The position numbers and the translations under genes are program-made. 64,000 nt of DNA from an uncultured virus (IMG/VR IMGVR_UViG_3300043446_002182). Taxonomy: Duplodnaviria > Heunggongvirae > Uroviricota > Caudoviricetes. Below, one piece after another: positions 47,464 to 57,151 of this stretch (the stretch's first letter is position 1; the number at the start of each line of letters is the position of its first letter). The notes under the pieces were generated by a model. The model made no database searches and had not been told where the DNA came from. It saw nothing but the letters and a program-made list of their open reading frames with translations. Where the stretch lies: IMG/VR virus record IMGVR_UViG_3300043446_002182. One strand, 5' to 3'.

Positions 47464-48006
47464 TTATTTTAGGAACGACTTTAGACCAGCGAGAATGCTA
47501 CGTTGATGTGGTTGAAATTCGGGGTTGGAAGCAAAATACTCCTTGAGGATTTGTGCCAACTCTTTCTTCTTTGTGCCGCAGGATTGTTTGGTTATTCCAA
47601 ACGCTTCACAAATGGTTGAGATTTCTTTCAAAGGTATCCACATGTTTATACCTTTGGCTGGGACTTTGACATCCACAGATGGTTTTGATGGTTCGACATG
47701 CTCGTTGATAGAAACTTTCACGGATGAATGTTCTTTCACTACATAGTCGGACTGCCACGGTTTGAACAAAGTATCTTCAACAATGATTTCCAAATGCATC
47801 TTTCCTTGGTCATTCTCTTCAAGCAATCCTTTCATTCGGCGGACGGGAATGATACATTTTTGTCCGTTAATTTTACCTTCAAAGACATAGTTCACCCCTG
47901 CACCCGATTCAACCACGAGTCGTGCTGCCGAACCTTTTAGTGAGGCGTTTCTTACGGAAACTTCGCACTCGAAGTTTTCATTCTTGTCTGTGTACAATGT
48001 GTACAT
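47464..48006 (-). CDS. Hypothetical protein
   Basis: ORF in late minus-strand operon. Confidence 0.6.
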   Translation of the reverse strand: MYTLYTDKNENFECEVSVRNASLKGSAARLVVESGAGVNYVFEGKINGQKCIIPVRRMKGLLEENDQGKMHLEIIVEDTLFKPWQSDYVVKEHSSVKVSINEHVEPSKPSVDVKVPAKGINMWIPLKEISTICEAFGITKQSCGTKKKELAQILKEYFASNPEFQPHQRSILAGLKSFLK

Positions 48007-48532
48007 TTGGGTTTCCAATCTTTATATCAAAGTCAGTGTTGGTCACTTCCTTGATGAGTAATTTTATGTCACCGACGGTCACTTTACAATTTGATGAGTA
48101 TTTCTGTTCATCAAACCGCTGACCCTTTACTTTGCAAATCAGTTCGACAAGTTTCTTTTTCCGTTCTTGTGCCTTGTATGGATTCCAAGGCTCTTCTTCT
48201 TGTCTCAGCCACGGTTGAATGAGGGTAGTTGCATCAACACCGTCATATCTGACCGAGGCAGTTGTGGGCGTAGGAGGCTCAGGAGTAGGTGTAGGTTCAC
48301 TACAACCATTCCACAACCAATTCGCTTCCGACCACTTAACGTCTGTGTTGCCCCATGTATAGCAAATGTCACAGCCGCTCCATTGTTGGAGAGTGTCGCT
48401 CCATTTTACGTTAGCACTTCCCCAAACAAGGCATTCGGCGAGTTCCCGAACCATTTGGCATTCATCCCACGTCCAATTGCTTTCCGACCACTTGGTATCG
48501 GCTGAACTCCAAAATGAACAAACTCGTATCAT
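47978..48532 (-). CDS. Trp-heptad repeat protein
   Basis: Three CxxWx6Wx6WxxC units then Pro/Thr linker. Confidence 0.65.
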   Translation of the reverse strand: MIRVCSFWSSADTKWSESNWTWDECQMVRELAECLVWGSANVKWSDTLQQWSGCDICYTWGNTDVKWSEANWLWNGCSEPTPTPEPPTPTTASVRYDGVDATTLIQPWLRQEEEPWNPYKAQERKKKLVELICKVKGQRFDEQKYSSNCKVTVGDIKLLIKEVTNTDFDIKIGNPNVHIVHRQE

Positions 48533-48571
48533 ATAAATATCCGTTTACTGGAAGACAATGCTTTTTTATAC

Positions 48572-49405
48572 TTACATCACGAATATCTTGCCAATGTTTT
48601 CTCCAAGGACACTTTCGACATAATATGGGAATGTATTGGCCAAATCGGTCAAATGATACTCTCCATTCTCCCTGTCTTTGAGACGGCGATATTCTTTACG
48701 GCCAAATGCACCATGACCTGTGAGCAATACATCGGGCAACGGATTGAATTTCACTGACCCATTCTTTAGGAACTGTGCAAACAATTCATAGAGAAACTCG
48801 AACTCTTCTCTGAGATTCTTATCCCGAGCACTCTTGAATGTGCCGATGGTCTCGCATAAATGTCGAGTAGCCAATTGATACTCACGGAATCGGCGGTAAT
48901 TGCCATCATCATAGTAATTACGATGCACTTGAGCAATGCCGTATGTTTCCAAAATTCTTGCCAGTTTACCTTCAACCCAAGGTGCAAGTTCTTTGTCCCA
49001 ATTGTGCTGGCGGCGAAGGACGTGTCCAAGACGGTGAGCAATAATCCAAGCAGTAAGTGGAAGACGTTCCCCACCCTTGTTGTTAGTGAAGAACACGGTA
49101 ATAGCATCCCGATTGATGCGACCATCCTTCAACTGCTCTGGCTTGATGTTGAGTTTGTCATAGATAAACGACTCTTTGACTTCACCAAGTTCGGTGTATT
49201 TTCGGGCTTCTTTTGAATTGACAAAGTAGAAATCGAAGTCAACTTCAGTGTTTTGGAAGAAGTCTTTGACTTTCTGAACTGAAGTAGGATTGGTCACGAG
49301 AGCACGGTCAACCTTGTTGGTAAAGGAAGACCCCTTGGAGAAATCTCCAATAGTCTGGAAGGTGTCAATTGGTGCTTCCGACAAGATTTTTTTTAACTTA
49401 ATCAT
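48572..49405 (-). CDS. Putative internal head protein (MIKLKKILSE leader; AHRLGH motif)
   Basis: 277 aa; HxxxH resembling a zincin site with R in place of E. Confidence 0.65.
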   Translation of the reverse strand: MIKLKKILSEAPIDTFQTIGDFSKGSSFTNKVDRALVTNPTSVQKVKDFFQNTEVDFDFYFVNSKEARKYTELGEVKESFIYDKLNIKPEQLKDGRINRDAITVFFTNNKGGERLPLTAWIIAHRLGHVLRRQHNWDKELAPWVEGKLARILETYGIAQVHRNYYDDGNYRRFREYQLATRHLCETIGTFKSARDKNLREEFEFLYELFAQFLKNGSVKFNPLPDVLLTGHGAFGRKEYRRLKDRENGEYHLTDLANTFPYYVESVLGENIGKIFVM

Positions 49406-50082
49406 ACGTGTTCAAAGGATAAATACTTGGCTGGGACGGCTGAATGTATAATAATGGTGTCATCCGTCGTCCCTTCGCTTTGTGCATTTGAAGATGCACG
49501 GTCATCATCCCATGCTTTAATCTTGTTAGCAATGAAGTTGGTAACGTCAGCTTCGACGTGGTTTGGCTCTTTTGTTACCATTGGCATGAACCCGTCTTGT
49601 TTCATCAAATCAGTGTGAATGGTTACAACAGAAGGGCCGTAGCTTTGGGTAATCCAATCTGGCTCGGTGCTCGTGAAAACCGCTTGCCGAATATGTCTGT
49701 TTGCCAATCCACGGCTCTTATGTTGGGCCTGCAATCCATGCTGTTTGATGTTCTCTACGTTTTCGGTTGGCGTAGCGTGAAAAAGACGTTCGGGACGTTC
49801 CCAAAAACGACGGTTGAATTCTTCTTCAAACGCATCAGTCAACCGAGATACAAGGCGTTGACCTTCGGAACGATACAACCAGTCTTGTTTTTCCTTGACA
49901 ACTGGATATTCAACATCTACAATGTTATCATCCCAAATAATGTATTCGTCTGTTCCAAGAACAACGACTTCGGGCTGCTCGCCATGTGCCTGTAAGTATT
50001 GGAGAATAGCTTCCTTACCTACGAGTTCTTCGAGTTCGTAGTTATCCACTTCTTCGTTCAGAATTTTCTTAAGCTTAATCAT
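49402..50082 (-). CDS. ADP-ribosyltransferase-fold protein (Tpt1/KptA C-domain-like)
   Basis: LFHATP..NV..I...GL, AVFTS, YG...V.I, VPAKYL; MIKLKKILNE leader. Confidence 0.6.
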   Translation of the reverse strand: MIKLKKILNEEVDNYELEELVGKEAILQYLQAHGEQPEVVVLGTDEYIIWDDNIVDVEYPVVKEKQDWLYRSEGQRLVSRLTDAFEEEFNRRFWERPERLFHATPTENVENIKQHGLQAQHKSRGLANRHIRQAVFTSTEPDWITQSYGPSVVTIHTDLMKQDGFMPMVTKEPNHVEADVTNFIANKIKAWDDDRASSNAQSEGTTDDTIIIHSAVPAKYLSFEHV

Positions 50083-50975
50083 AGAATCTCAATCCACTTG
50101 TCCAAAAGTTGTTGCTGGATGCCGCCCTTTTCAAACTTGACCGTGTAAAGATACTTGGCATCTTCCGTCCAAGATGTCAGAGGGTATGCTTTGCGAAACT
50201 CTTCGGCATCTTGTCGGGCGATGATTATTCCCTTCGTTCCCATTGGCACAGTTATTTCGCCACGGTTGTATCGGTCAATGTTGACCTTGGCACGAACTTT
50301 CGACCCGACTTCTCCACGTTGAGCCAGCTTGGGGTCCATGCGGTAAATGATAGCTGGGTCATACACACAAACTTGGTCGCCATCCAACAGTTTGAACATG
50401 CCCTTGCCCTTATACCACACGGCATCATATTTCTCCTTGAGCACTTTGGTCATGTTGATGGTTGCTCGAAGGCGTTCTTCACGAATGGCGGGAAGGGTGT
50501 TCTTCGTTCCTCCCCAATCAGTTCTCATTCCGCCAAACGTAGTTTCAGGCGTGACTTTGTAATCGTAGCCGTTATCCATCCACCACTTCATCATCGTGCG
50601 AGGCGAACCCCAATTGATGACTTCCATTCGGGGCGCATCAATATAGAAGACGGGCATACCTTTGGCAGTCCCATGATTGTATTTCTTAGCGATTGCCTTG
50701 CTGGTCGTGAAATAGACACCAAACCCAAGGTGGTGAATCGGGGCAGGAATGCCGCCATAATAGTCAGAAACTTCATACCCATTGGCAATGTCGCCCGAGC
50801 GTTCGCTTCCCTGAAATATCTTGAAGCCGTCCACCGCAATCTTTTCCCAGCGGTCAGCGGTTGTTCCGTGATACACAGGGCCAAAGAGTTTCTTATCCAT
50901 AACGGCCTGTGGGCTTAGAGCCACAATGCGCTCGGACAGCAAGACTTCGTTGAGAATGTTACCCAGCTTAATCAT
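50079..50975 (-). CDS. ADP-ribosyltransferase-like protein (YHGT type)
   Basis: VYHGT....GF, LGFGVYFT....AKKY, YDAV, QVCVYDP; MIKLGNILNE leader at 50975. Confidence 0.7.
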   Translation of the reverse strand: MIKLGNILNEVLLSERIVALSPQAVMDKKLFGPVYHGTTADRWEKIAVDGFKIFQGSERSGDIANGYEVSDYYGGIPAPIHHLGFGVYFTTSKAIAKKYNHGTAKGMPVFYIDAPRMEVINWGSPRTMMKWWMDNGYDYKVTPETTFGGMRTDWGGTKNTLPAIREERLRATINMTKVLKEKYDAVWYKGKGMFKLLDGDQVCVYDPAIIYRMDPKLAQRGEVGSKVRAKVNIDRYNRGEITVPMGTKGIIIARQDAEEFRKAYPLTSWTEDAKYLYTVKFEKGGIQQQLLDKWIEIL

Positions 50976-51955
50976 AAATCCTCCCATGTAAATACGCTGA
51001 GTGCGTTGGAGTCACCCGTCAGATGTTTGACGATGCTCGTTGGTTCTCCGTATTCCTCTTCGTTTGCCATGTTGTAAATTCCCGGTGATTCTTCGTCGGC
51101 ATTCTCAAATGGTTTGGTTACAACATGCATGAACGATTTATCGGTTGGAGGAATGGAGAAATCAATGATGGTATAGACGTGTCCATTGAAGCTGTAATAG
51201 TCAAAATGCTCTCCGGCCTTACCATATTCAGACCCATATGAAAAACACCATAGAGAATTACATCCCAATGCTTTCATTCCGGGCTGACCAGTCACGTCGA
51301 TAATGACAATGTTTCCCTTGTCATAGACGATTTTCAAATCGTAATTATTTGCCTTGACAATTTGTCTCAAATCATACTTGGATAACTTGAACGTTCCGGC
51401 TATCAGGTTTTCCTTTTCTTCAACATAATCCAGAACATCCTCGAAGGTTGGGTGGTCGCTGCTGAAAATCTTTTTCAGAAGGATAACCTTTTGTTCATCT
51501 GACCTATTTTCCAAGTAACTCAAATGTGCATTGATATACTCTACTCGGTCAAGTAAATGCGAAAACGAAGCACGAGGTTTGCGAATATCTCCACGGAGAT
51601 TACGCAGCGAAAACTTAGGCCATTTACTGACGGCTTTGATGACCTTGGCTCGGTCACTCAGGGTTCGTTGATGAACCGATGGGATTGGCGAATCGAAGGA
51701 GAATCCTTCAATTGGGAAGAGATTCTTATTGTAATTCAGGAGTTGTGAATAAGCATCTTGCCATTGCTGCAAAGTCCATCGAACATGTGATTGCTTGTCT
51801 TCAAGCATCAATTCAACCAATGTCTTGTAGGTGTGGTCTTTCTTACCACCAGTCACCCTATCCAGCCATTCAATATCAGCAGCTTCCAGCTTGTCGCCAT
51901 AAAGTTTGGTAGCAAGTTGGACATTTTCTGATAGTAAATGACGGAGTTTAATCAT
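50972..51955 (-). CDS. Putative internal head protein (MIKLRHLLSE leader)
   Basis: 327 aa; C-terminal LG...WC......F..Y...G.VY.IID segment. Confidence 0.65.
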   Translation of the reverse strand: MIKLRHLLSENVQLATKLYGDKLEAADIEWLDRVTGGKKDHTYKTLVELMLEDKQSHVRWTLQQWQDAYSQLLNYNKNLFPIEGFSFDSPIPSVHQRTLSDRAKVIKAVSKWPKFSLRNLRGDIRKPRASFSHLLDRVEYINAHLSYLENRSDEQKVILLKKIFSSDHPTFEDVLDYVEEKENLIAGTFKLSKYDLRQIVKANNYDLKIVYDKGNIVIIDVTGQPGMKALGCNSLWCFSYGSEYGKAGEHFDYYSFNGHVYTIIDFSIPPTDKSFMHVVTKPFENADEESPGIYNMANEEEYGEPTSIVKHLTGDSNALSVFTWEDL

Positions 51956-54504
51956 TGGTTACGCATAGCCAATGCAATTTCTGTTGCTTCGGCCTTCGAG
52001 ATATTTGGGTTCTCATACCACGCATCCGTAACGGCAGACAGAATCTTGCCGATGAGCGGGCCTTTTGGAATGCCCATCATTTGCAAGTCGTTTCCGTTGA
52101 TAGGAAGCGTTGGCTTTGATACTTGAATGTCGAGGTTCTTGAGACGACGACGCACATGTTCAATCTGGTTTGGCATGGCGGATGCATCCGCATGAGCGAT
52201 GTTGTCGGCGTGAATCACGTCGAGCAAATTCTCCAAGTTATTCCCAAGTTCAATCTTGAACTTGCGAAGCGACTTGTCGGACAACTTGACCGCATCATCC
52301 CCACCATGCTTCAAACGCATGTGGTTAGCCACACCCGCCTTGACAGCGTTGATGATGTCCGTAGGATACTTCAAATCACGAAGCACACGGTCAACAATGT
52401 CAGCACCAGCCTGTTCATGTCCATAGAAATGCACACCCGTTGGTGTTTCGGAACGAGTTGCAACCTTGCCAATGTCATGGAACAACGCCATCAGGCGTTG
52501 CACCAACTCAGGCTTCGTGTTTGTGAGCACTTCAAGCGTGTGGTCGAATACATCGTGTGTATGGTGAACATTTTGAGCCATACCGATGGCTTGTTGCAAT
52601 TCGGCAGCAATGTGTGGCAACAGCCCAACGTCTTTCAGCAAACGAATGCCTCGGACGGGGTTCTTGGACAAAAGAATCTTGTTCAACTCGTCACGGACAC
52701 GTTCTTTTGACGTGTTACCGAGACGGTGAAGGTTGTTCTTGATGCCTTCAATGACTTCGGGAGCAATCTGGAAATTGAATTGCGTTGCGAAGCGAACTGC
52801 ACGGAACATGCGGAGGGCGTCGTCCGTGTAAATCACGTTGGGGTCAATGGGCGTGCGAACCAGCCCAGCCTTCAAATCGGCCATTCCCTTTCCCGTAGGG
52901 TCGAGAATCTTACCAGATGACACATCTTTATACAAAGCATTGAATGTCAAGTCACGACGACTTGCATCCACTTCAATGTAAGGCGTGTATTGAACGACTG
53001 GCTTGCGGCTGTTTGGGTCGTGGTATTGCTCTTTACGGAACATGACTGCATCCACATTTTGAGCGGAGAAATCAATACCGTTCCAAACCACACCTTCCAA
53101 ACGAAGATTGGCTGTGCCGAACGTCGGGTAAATGACGGGGTTGGTCTTTTCCTTAAAGATGCCAAGCTTCTTGCCGAGCCATTCGGTGAATTCGACGCCG
53201 CCTTGGAACTTTCCAACAACAATGTCAGCATCCTTGGGTGGTTTGCCCAAGAGTTCGTCACGGACAAAGCCGCCTACGAGGAAGACTTTACCTTCCCATT
53301 CAGTGCCTTTGATTTGTTCCCGAAGAAATGCTTCGAGGTCTTTTGGTGTTGCGGCTTTTGATTCCATAATCTGTAACTTATTTTCGTCCACTCCATACCC
53401 GCCCTTTGTCGGATACATGTTAGACTTTGGCTCTGGCTTTTCTTTTGTCCAATCCAAATTCTTGTGATGTTTGACTTCATATCCCATTCTTTCGAGATAG
53501 TTAGTCACATCTACTCTTGACTCGTCATCGGGTGGAAAATTCCACCAGAACACAGCTTTGACATCGGCGTTGTAAACCCAGCGATTCCAACCCATGTCTG
53601 GCGAATGACCACCGACATTTTTCTTTGCTACAATCCTACCAGTGCTCCAAATGCCACCATAAACGATGTCAGATTTTTCTGGTTTTTCTTGCTTTGGATT
53701 GAAAGAGAAAATCTCAGTCAATGGCTTGCGAACAAAATCACCCCGAGAGTTTACATGTCTCAAGACAGGGTATCCTTTCTTTTTCAAGAAATCTTCGACG
53801 GCAACATAGTTGTCCGTGTCAGTTGATGGCACCCACCAACTTACCGATTGCGAATATGGCCAGTATGAGAATCGGTTGTGACTGTTACCAAATCCGAACT
53901 CATCATGCATCCGCTCTCCGTCTTGAGGAAGTGGAAGATGAACTTTCCCATACGCATCCACCATTCCTACCCATCTTTCTGTCGGGCTAAACCCTTCATT
54001 TAATCCAACTCGGCGCAATTGCGATTGCCAAGACAAATCCGTGCCCTTGGCAGGCTCATCCAATTTAGCGAGCCATATTCTACTCCATTCCTTCGATTTG
54101 TCAACGTCAAACCCTGTATAGTCATCCTTGACCCACAACCACTTATGATGCCAGATGCTATCTGAGTGTCCTTCTCGGGGCGGGGCTGTCCCATCTAATG
54201 ATACGACCACGTAATCTCCGACATGTGGTTCGGATGCGGTATCGAAATCGGGAGCTTCATCAAAGCGAACGATTTTCCGCTTTGCATCAACCATGATGGT
54301 GTTGTAGTTAAACTCGGGCTTGGCACGAGTCATTATGGCTTCGGCCTTTTGCAAAATCGCTGCGGGAATGACTTCATCGGCATACAATTTATGCACGTAA
54401 ACACTGCTGCCGACTTGTTTGCCGACATTTCCCCGATAACGACGAATAGCCGAACCTTGTTTGGTTCGGAGCGTCGTCTCATAGAATTGCGTGTATTGCG
54501 TCAT
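51952..54504 (-). CDS. Multidomain protein ending in CCA-adding enzyme/poly(A) polymerase with HD domain
   Basis: VGGFVRDELLG..PKDAD, RRDLTFNA, DDALRMFRAVRF, HT..V, LFHDIGK; about 380 aa of extra N-terminal domains; start 54504 by ATGA overlap. Confidence 0.88.
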   Translation of the reverse strand: MTQYTQFYETTLRTKQGSAIRRYRGNVGKQVGSSVYVHKLYADEVIPAAILQKAEAIMTRAKPEFNYNTIMVDAKRKIVRFDEAPDFDTASEPHVGDYVVVSLDGTAPPREGHSDSIWHHKWLWVKDDYTGFDVDKSKEWSRIWLAKLDEPAKGTDLSWQSQLRRVGLNEGFSPTERWVGMVDAYGKVHLPLPQDGERMHDEFGFGNSHNRFSYWPYSQSVSWWVPSTDTDNYVAVEDFLKKKGYPVLRHVNSRGDFVRKPLTEIFSFNPKQEKPEKSDIVYGGIWSTGRIVAKKNVGGHSPDMGWNRWVYNADVKAVFWWNFPPDDESRVDVTNYLERMGYEVKHHKNLDWTKEKPEPKSNMYPTKGGYGVDENKLQIMESKAATPKDLEAFLREQIKGTEWEGKVFLVGGFVRDELLGKPPKDADIVVGKFQGGVEFTEWLGKKLGIFKEKTNPVIYPTFGTANLRLEGVVWNGIDFSAQNVDAVMFRKEQYHDPNSRKPVVQYTPYIEVDASRRDLTFNALYKDVSSGKILDPTGKGMADLKAGLVRTPIDPNVIYTDDALRMFRAVRFATQFNFQIAPEVIEGIKNNLHRLGNTSKERVRDELNKILLSKNPVRGIRLLKDVGLLPHIAAELQQAIGMAQNVHHTHDVFDHTLEVLTNTKPELVQRLMALFHDIGKVATRSETPTGVHFYGHEQAGADIVDRVLRDLKYPTDIINAVKAGVANHMRLKHGGDDAVKLSDKSLRKFKIELGNNLENLLDVIHADNIAHADASAMPNQIEHVRRRLKNLDIQVSKPTLPINGNDLQMMGIPKGPLIGKILSAVTDAWYENPNISKAEATEIALAMRNQ

Positions 54505-55850
54505 ACGTCTTGTGGATGTCTCACATTGATGATTGGAACATTGAACTCCTTGGAGAACCGTTCCAACACATGCTTCACCCACGCCATTCCTGACATGGTG
54601 TAACTACCGGGGTTCAACCGACCCTTCTTTTCTTTCATGAACTCAAAAAACTTCCGTAACAATTCCTTGGAATATCCCTTATCACGAAACTCTGGCTTGG
54701 TTTGAATCATCAACAAATGGAAAACGTTAGATGTCTTGTCATGACCAAATGCGAGATAGCCATATGGCGTAACCCATTTGTAACCATGCGTGCTAATATC
54801 AATCAGCCCTTGAGGTTGAACCTCGTAGGACTCTTTTAGAGATTTCAAATACCTATTGGCAAAGACTTTATTGCGTCCAAGCTCAACCCGATTACCATTA
54901 ACTTTGACCGTGCGTTTATATTCTTTTCCGGCTTCTTCCCAATTTTTGTTCAAGACTGCTCGCACAAATTTCGGAAATCCAGTTAGAGTCCCCAAATTAA
55001 ACGCATAGTCTGTGAGTATTTCTTCTTGGGTATCGTCTAACACAATTTGTACACCAAACATCTTCTTTATGTCGTCGTGGGCCTTTTTCTTTGCCAATTG
55101 CAAATCCAACACCAACAACTTTTCAATTGTTCGGTCGTCCACACCTTTTATGAATTTTTTCAACTCGGACTTGCTCTTAATCTTGTGTCCGTATCCTATA
55201 GTTGGCATACCGCCTTCGGGTGATTTGTGCGGATACCATTTTCCTTTCTTAAACCCAGACTTTCCCGAGTTTTCCACGGACTTGATGTAGTTGACAAAAT
55301 CCTGAGAAAAAGAATTCGTCGAGTGATGTATGGCAGGTGGAGTATCCATTTCTGAAAGGGTGTTTTTTGCTTTTTTGGACTTTATCAAGTCTATCACCCT
55401 TTTTATCTTATGTCCATCATTTTTAATGAGTTCTTCCATTCCGAAATGCAATGGCTCTGGCCATTGACCATATTCAACCCATACCGAACCTTCGTTTTCC
55501 CAATTGAGTTGTGGGGCGAATTCAAACGGAACGATAACCAAATAGTTATGATAGGAAAACTCTCCGTCTCGGTAAACGTAAAGTGGGTGGATTTTATAGC
55601 GACCAGTGAATCCTGTTTCTTCTTCAACTTCACGTTCGACGGCATCCTTGGGAGTTTCCCCAGCATCTACCTTGCCGCCCCATGTTCCCCATGTTTCTGG
55701 TTCGTAGTCAACTTGGTTGCTTCGATGCGCCAGAAGAATGCGTCCAGTATCACGAGCAATAAAAATACAACCAGCCGCTTCACTTCCCCAATACTCTCGG
55801 GTTCCTTGGTCTGCATCTAAGAAATCGTCTTGGTTTGGTTCAAATGGCAT
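54501..55850 (-). CDS. NUDIX hydrolase - phage lysozyme - GNAT-like fusion
   Basis: GGKVDAGETPKDAVEREVEEETG; E...PTIGYGH...FNLG..FPKF; IQTKPEFRDKGYSKELL. Confidence 0.82.
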   Translation of the reverse strand: MPFEPNQDDFLDADQGTREYWGSEAAGCIFIARDTGRILLAHRSNQVDYEPETWGTWGGKVDAGETPKDAVEREVEEETGFTGRYKIHPLYVYRDGEFSYHNYLVIVPFEFAPQLNWENEGSVWVEYGQWPEPLHFGMEELIKNDGHKIKRVIDLIKSKKAKNTLSEMDTPPAIHHSTNSFSQDFVNYIKSVENSGKSGFKKGKWYPHKSPEGGMPTIGYGHKIKSKSELKKFIKGVDDRTIEKLLVLDLQLAKKKAHDDIKKMFGVQIVLDDTQEEILTDYAFNLGTLTGFPKFVRAVLNKNWEEAGKEYKRTVKVNGNRVELGRNKVFANRYLKSLKESYEVQPQGLIDISTHGYKWVTPYGYLAFGHDKTSNVFHLLMIQTKPEFRDKGYSKELLRKFFEFMKEKKGRLNPGSYTMSGMAWVKHVLERFSKEFNVPIINVRHPQDV

Positions 55851-55890
55851 AATGGTACGTTACCCCACAAAGGCAGGGTATGGGACATAA

Positions 55891-55939
55891 ATAAATATCG
55901 GCGTTTCTCCGCATCAATGCGATTGGTTTCTATATTTAT
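55891..55939. promoter_or_regulatory. Divergent pair of ATATTTAT motifs
   Basis: 55891-55898 (minus) and 55932-55939 (plus), each facing its operon. Confidence 0.6.
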
Positions 55940-55974
55940 TGGGAGACACTTGTGGCTCACAAGACACTTTTTAT

Positions 55975-57147
55975 ATGGCAACGATTGACCAAGATAGAGT
56001 AAGATTCCCCGGAAGCGGTTCATCTGTCCCCCAAGGGACAGCGTTCCACACGTATGACACTGACCCCGTGTTTGTTTCCGACTGTTACAACGCTATGATT
56101 TGGGCGGCAAGCCGTTTGGGTTATCCCGTTGTTGATGTTGAAATGGTTGATGGTCAGTTCTACAAGGCATTTGAAGAAGCCGTGAACGTTTACAGTGGAA
56201 AGGTGAACGAGTTCAACATGATTAACAACATGTTCGCTCTTCAAGGCCAACGCATTGATTCTATTGGCAATCTCACAAACCGTGTCATCACTGGCACTGG
56301 TCTTCCTTTCTTGACTCAATTGGCTCAAGATTACGGCACGGAAGCAGGCACAGGTGGAAAAGTAGATTGGAAGAAGGCATTTGTTCAGGCTCGTTCTGGT
56401 GTGCAAGATTACGACCTTCAAGCGTTGGTTGGTGATGTCTCGGAAAGTTGCTCTCGAATTACCATTCGTCGTATTTTCCATGACCGCCCACCAGCCTCGG
56501 CACGTATCTACGACCCATTTTCTATGACAGGAATGAGCTATTCCAACGTTCTCAACGAACTTGGTTTCGGAGCATATTCTCCTGCCGTTCAATTTTTGAT
56601 GACACCAATCTTTGAAGATTTGCTGCGTATGCAAGCAATCGAATTCAATGATATGGTGCGTAAGAGTCAATACTCTTTCCAGTTGATTAACAACAAGTTG
56701 CGCTTGTTTCCTATTCCAACCTACGATTACAAGGTGTGGTTTGAATATACGAACGACAACCAAGTGTTTGAAAGTGGTTCGATGAGTCAGTCGGGGTCAA
56801 AAGTCATTTCCGACTTTGCCAACATCCCTTACAAGACTCACATTTACTCTGACATCAACGATGCTGGAAAGCAATGGATTCGCAACTATTTCTTGGCAAA
56901 CTGTAAGGAAATTCTCGGAGCAATTCGTCAGAAGTATCAGACGATTCCAATTCCGGGCGGCGAAGTCACCTTGGATGGTGCAGAACTTCGTTCAGAAGCT
57001 CAACAAGAAAAGCAACGCTTACTCGATAGTTTGCGTGAAATGCTTGAAGCTGCTGGTAAGTTCAACCAGATGGAAAAACAAGCACAGATGTCCCAACAAC
57101 TCCAAGACTCATTGAAGGGTGTTCCTTTGATGATATACATCGGATAA
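55975..57147 (+). CDS. Neck protein (gp13-like)
   Basis: LGYPVVDVE...Q....FEEAV; WIR.Y.LA..KE.LG..R.KY..IP.PGG.VTLDG. Confidence 0.75.
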   Translation: MATIDQDRVRFPGSGSSVPQGTAFHTYDTDPVFVSDCYNAMIWAASRLGYPVVDVEMVDGQFYKAFEEAVNVYSGKVNEFNMINNMFALQGQRIDSIGNLTNRVITGTGLPFLTQLAQDYGTEAGTGGKVDWKKAFVQARSGVQDYDLQALVGDVSESCSRITIRRIFHDRPPASARIYDPFSMTGMSYSNVLNELGFGAYSPAVQFLMTPIFEDLLRMQAIEFNDMVRKSQYSFQLINNKLRLFPIPTYDYKVWFEYTNDNQVFESGSMSQSGSKVISDFANIPYKTHIYSDINDAGKQWIRNYFLANCKEILGAIRQKYQTIPIPGGEVTLDGAELRSEAQQEKQRLLDSLREMLEAAGKFNQMEKQAQMSQQLQDSLKGVPLMIYIG

Positions 57148-57151
57148 CTTT

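Noticed and set aside
54505..54582. Track start extensions (also 23143, 38246, 55939, 27506, 28365)
   Set aside because: Downstream ATGs fit overlaps, promoters or leader motifs better
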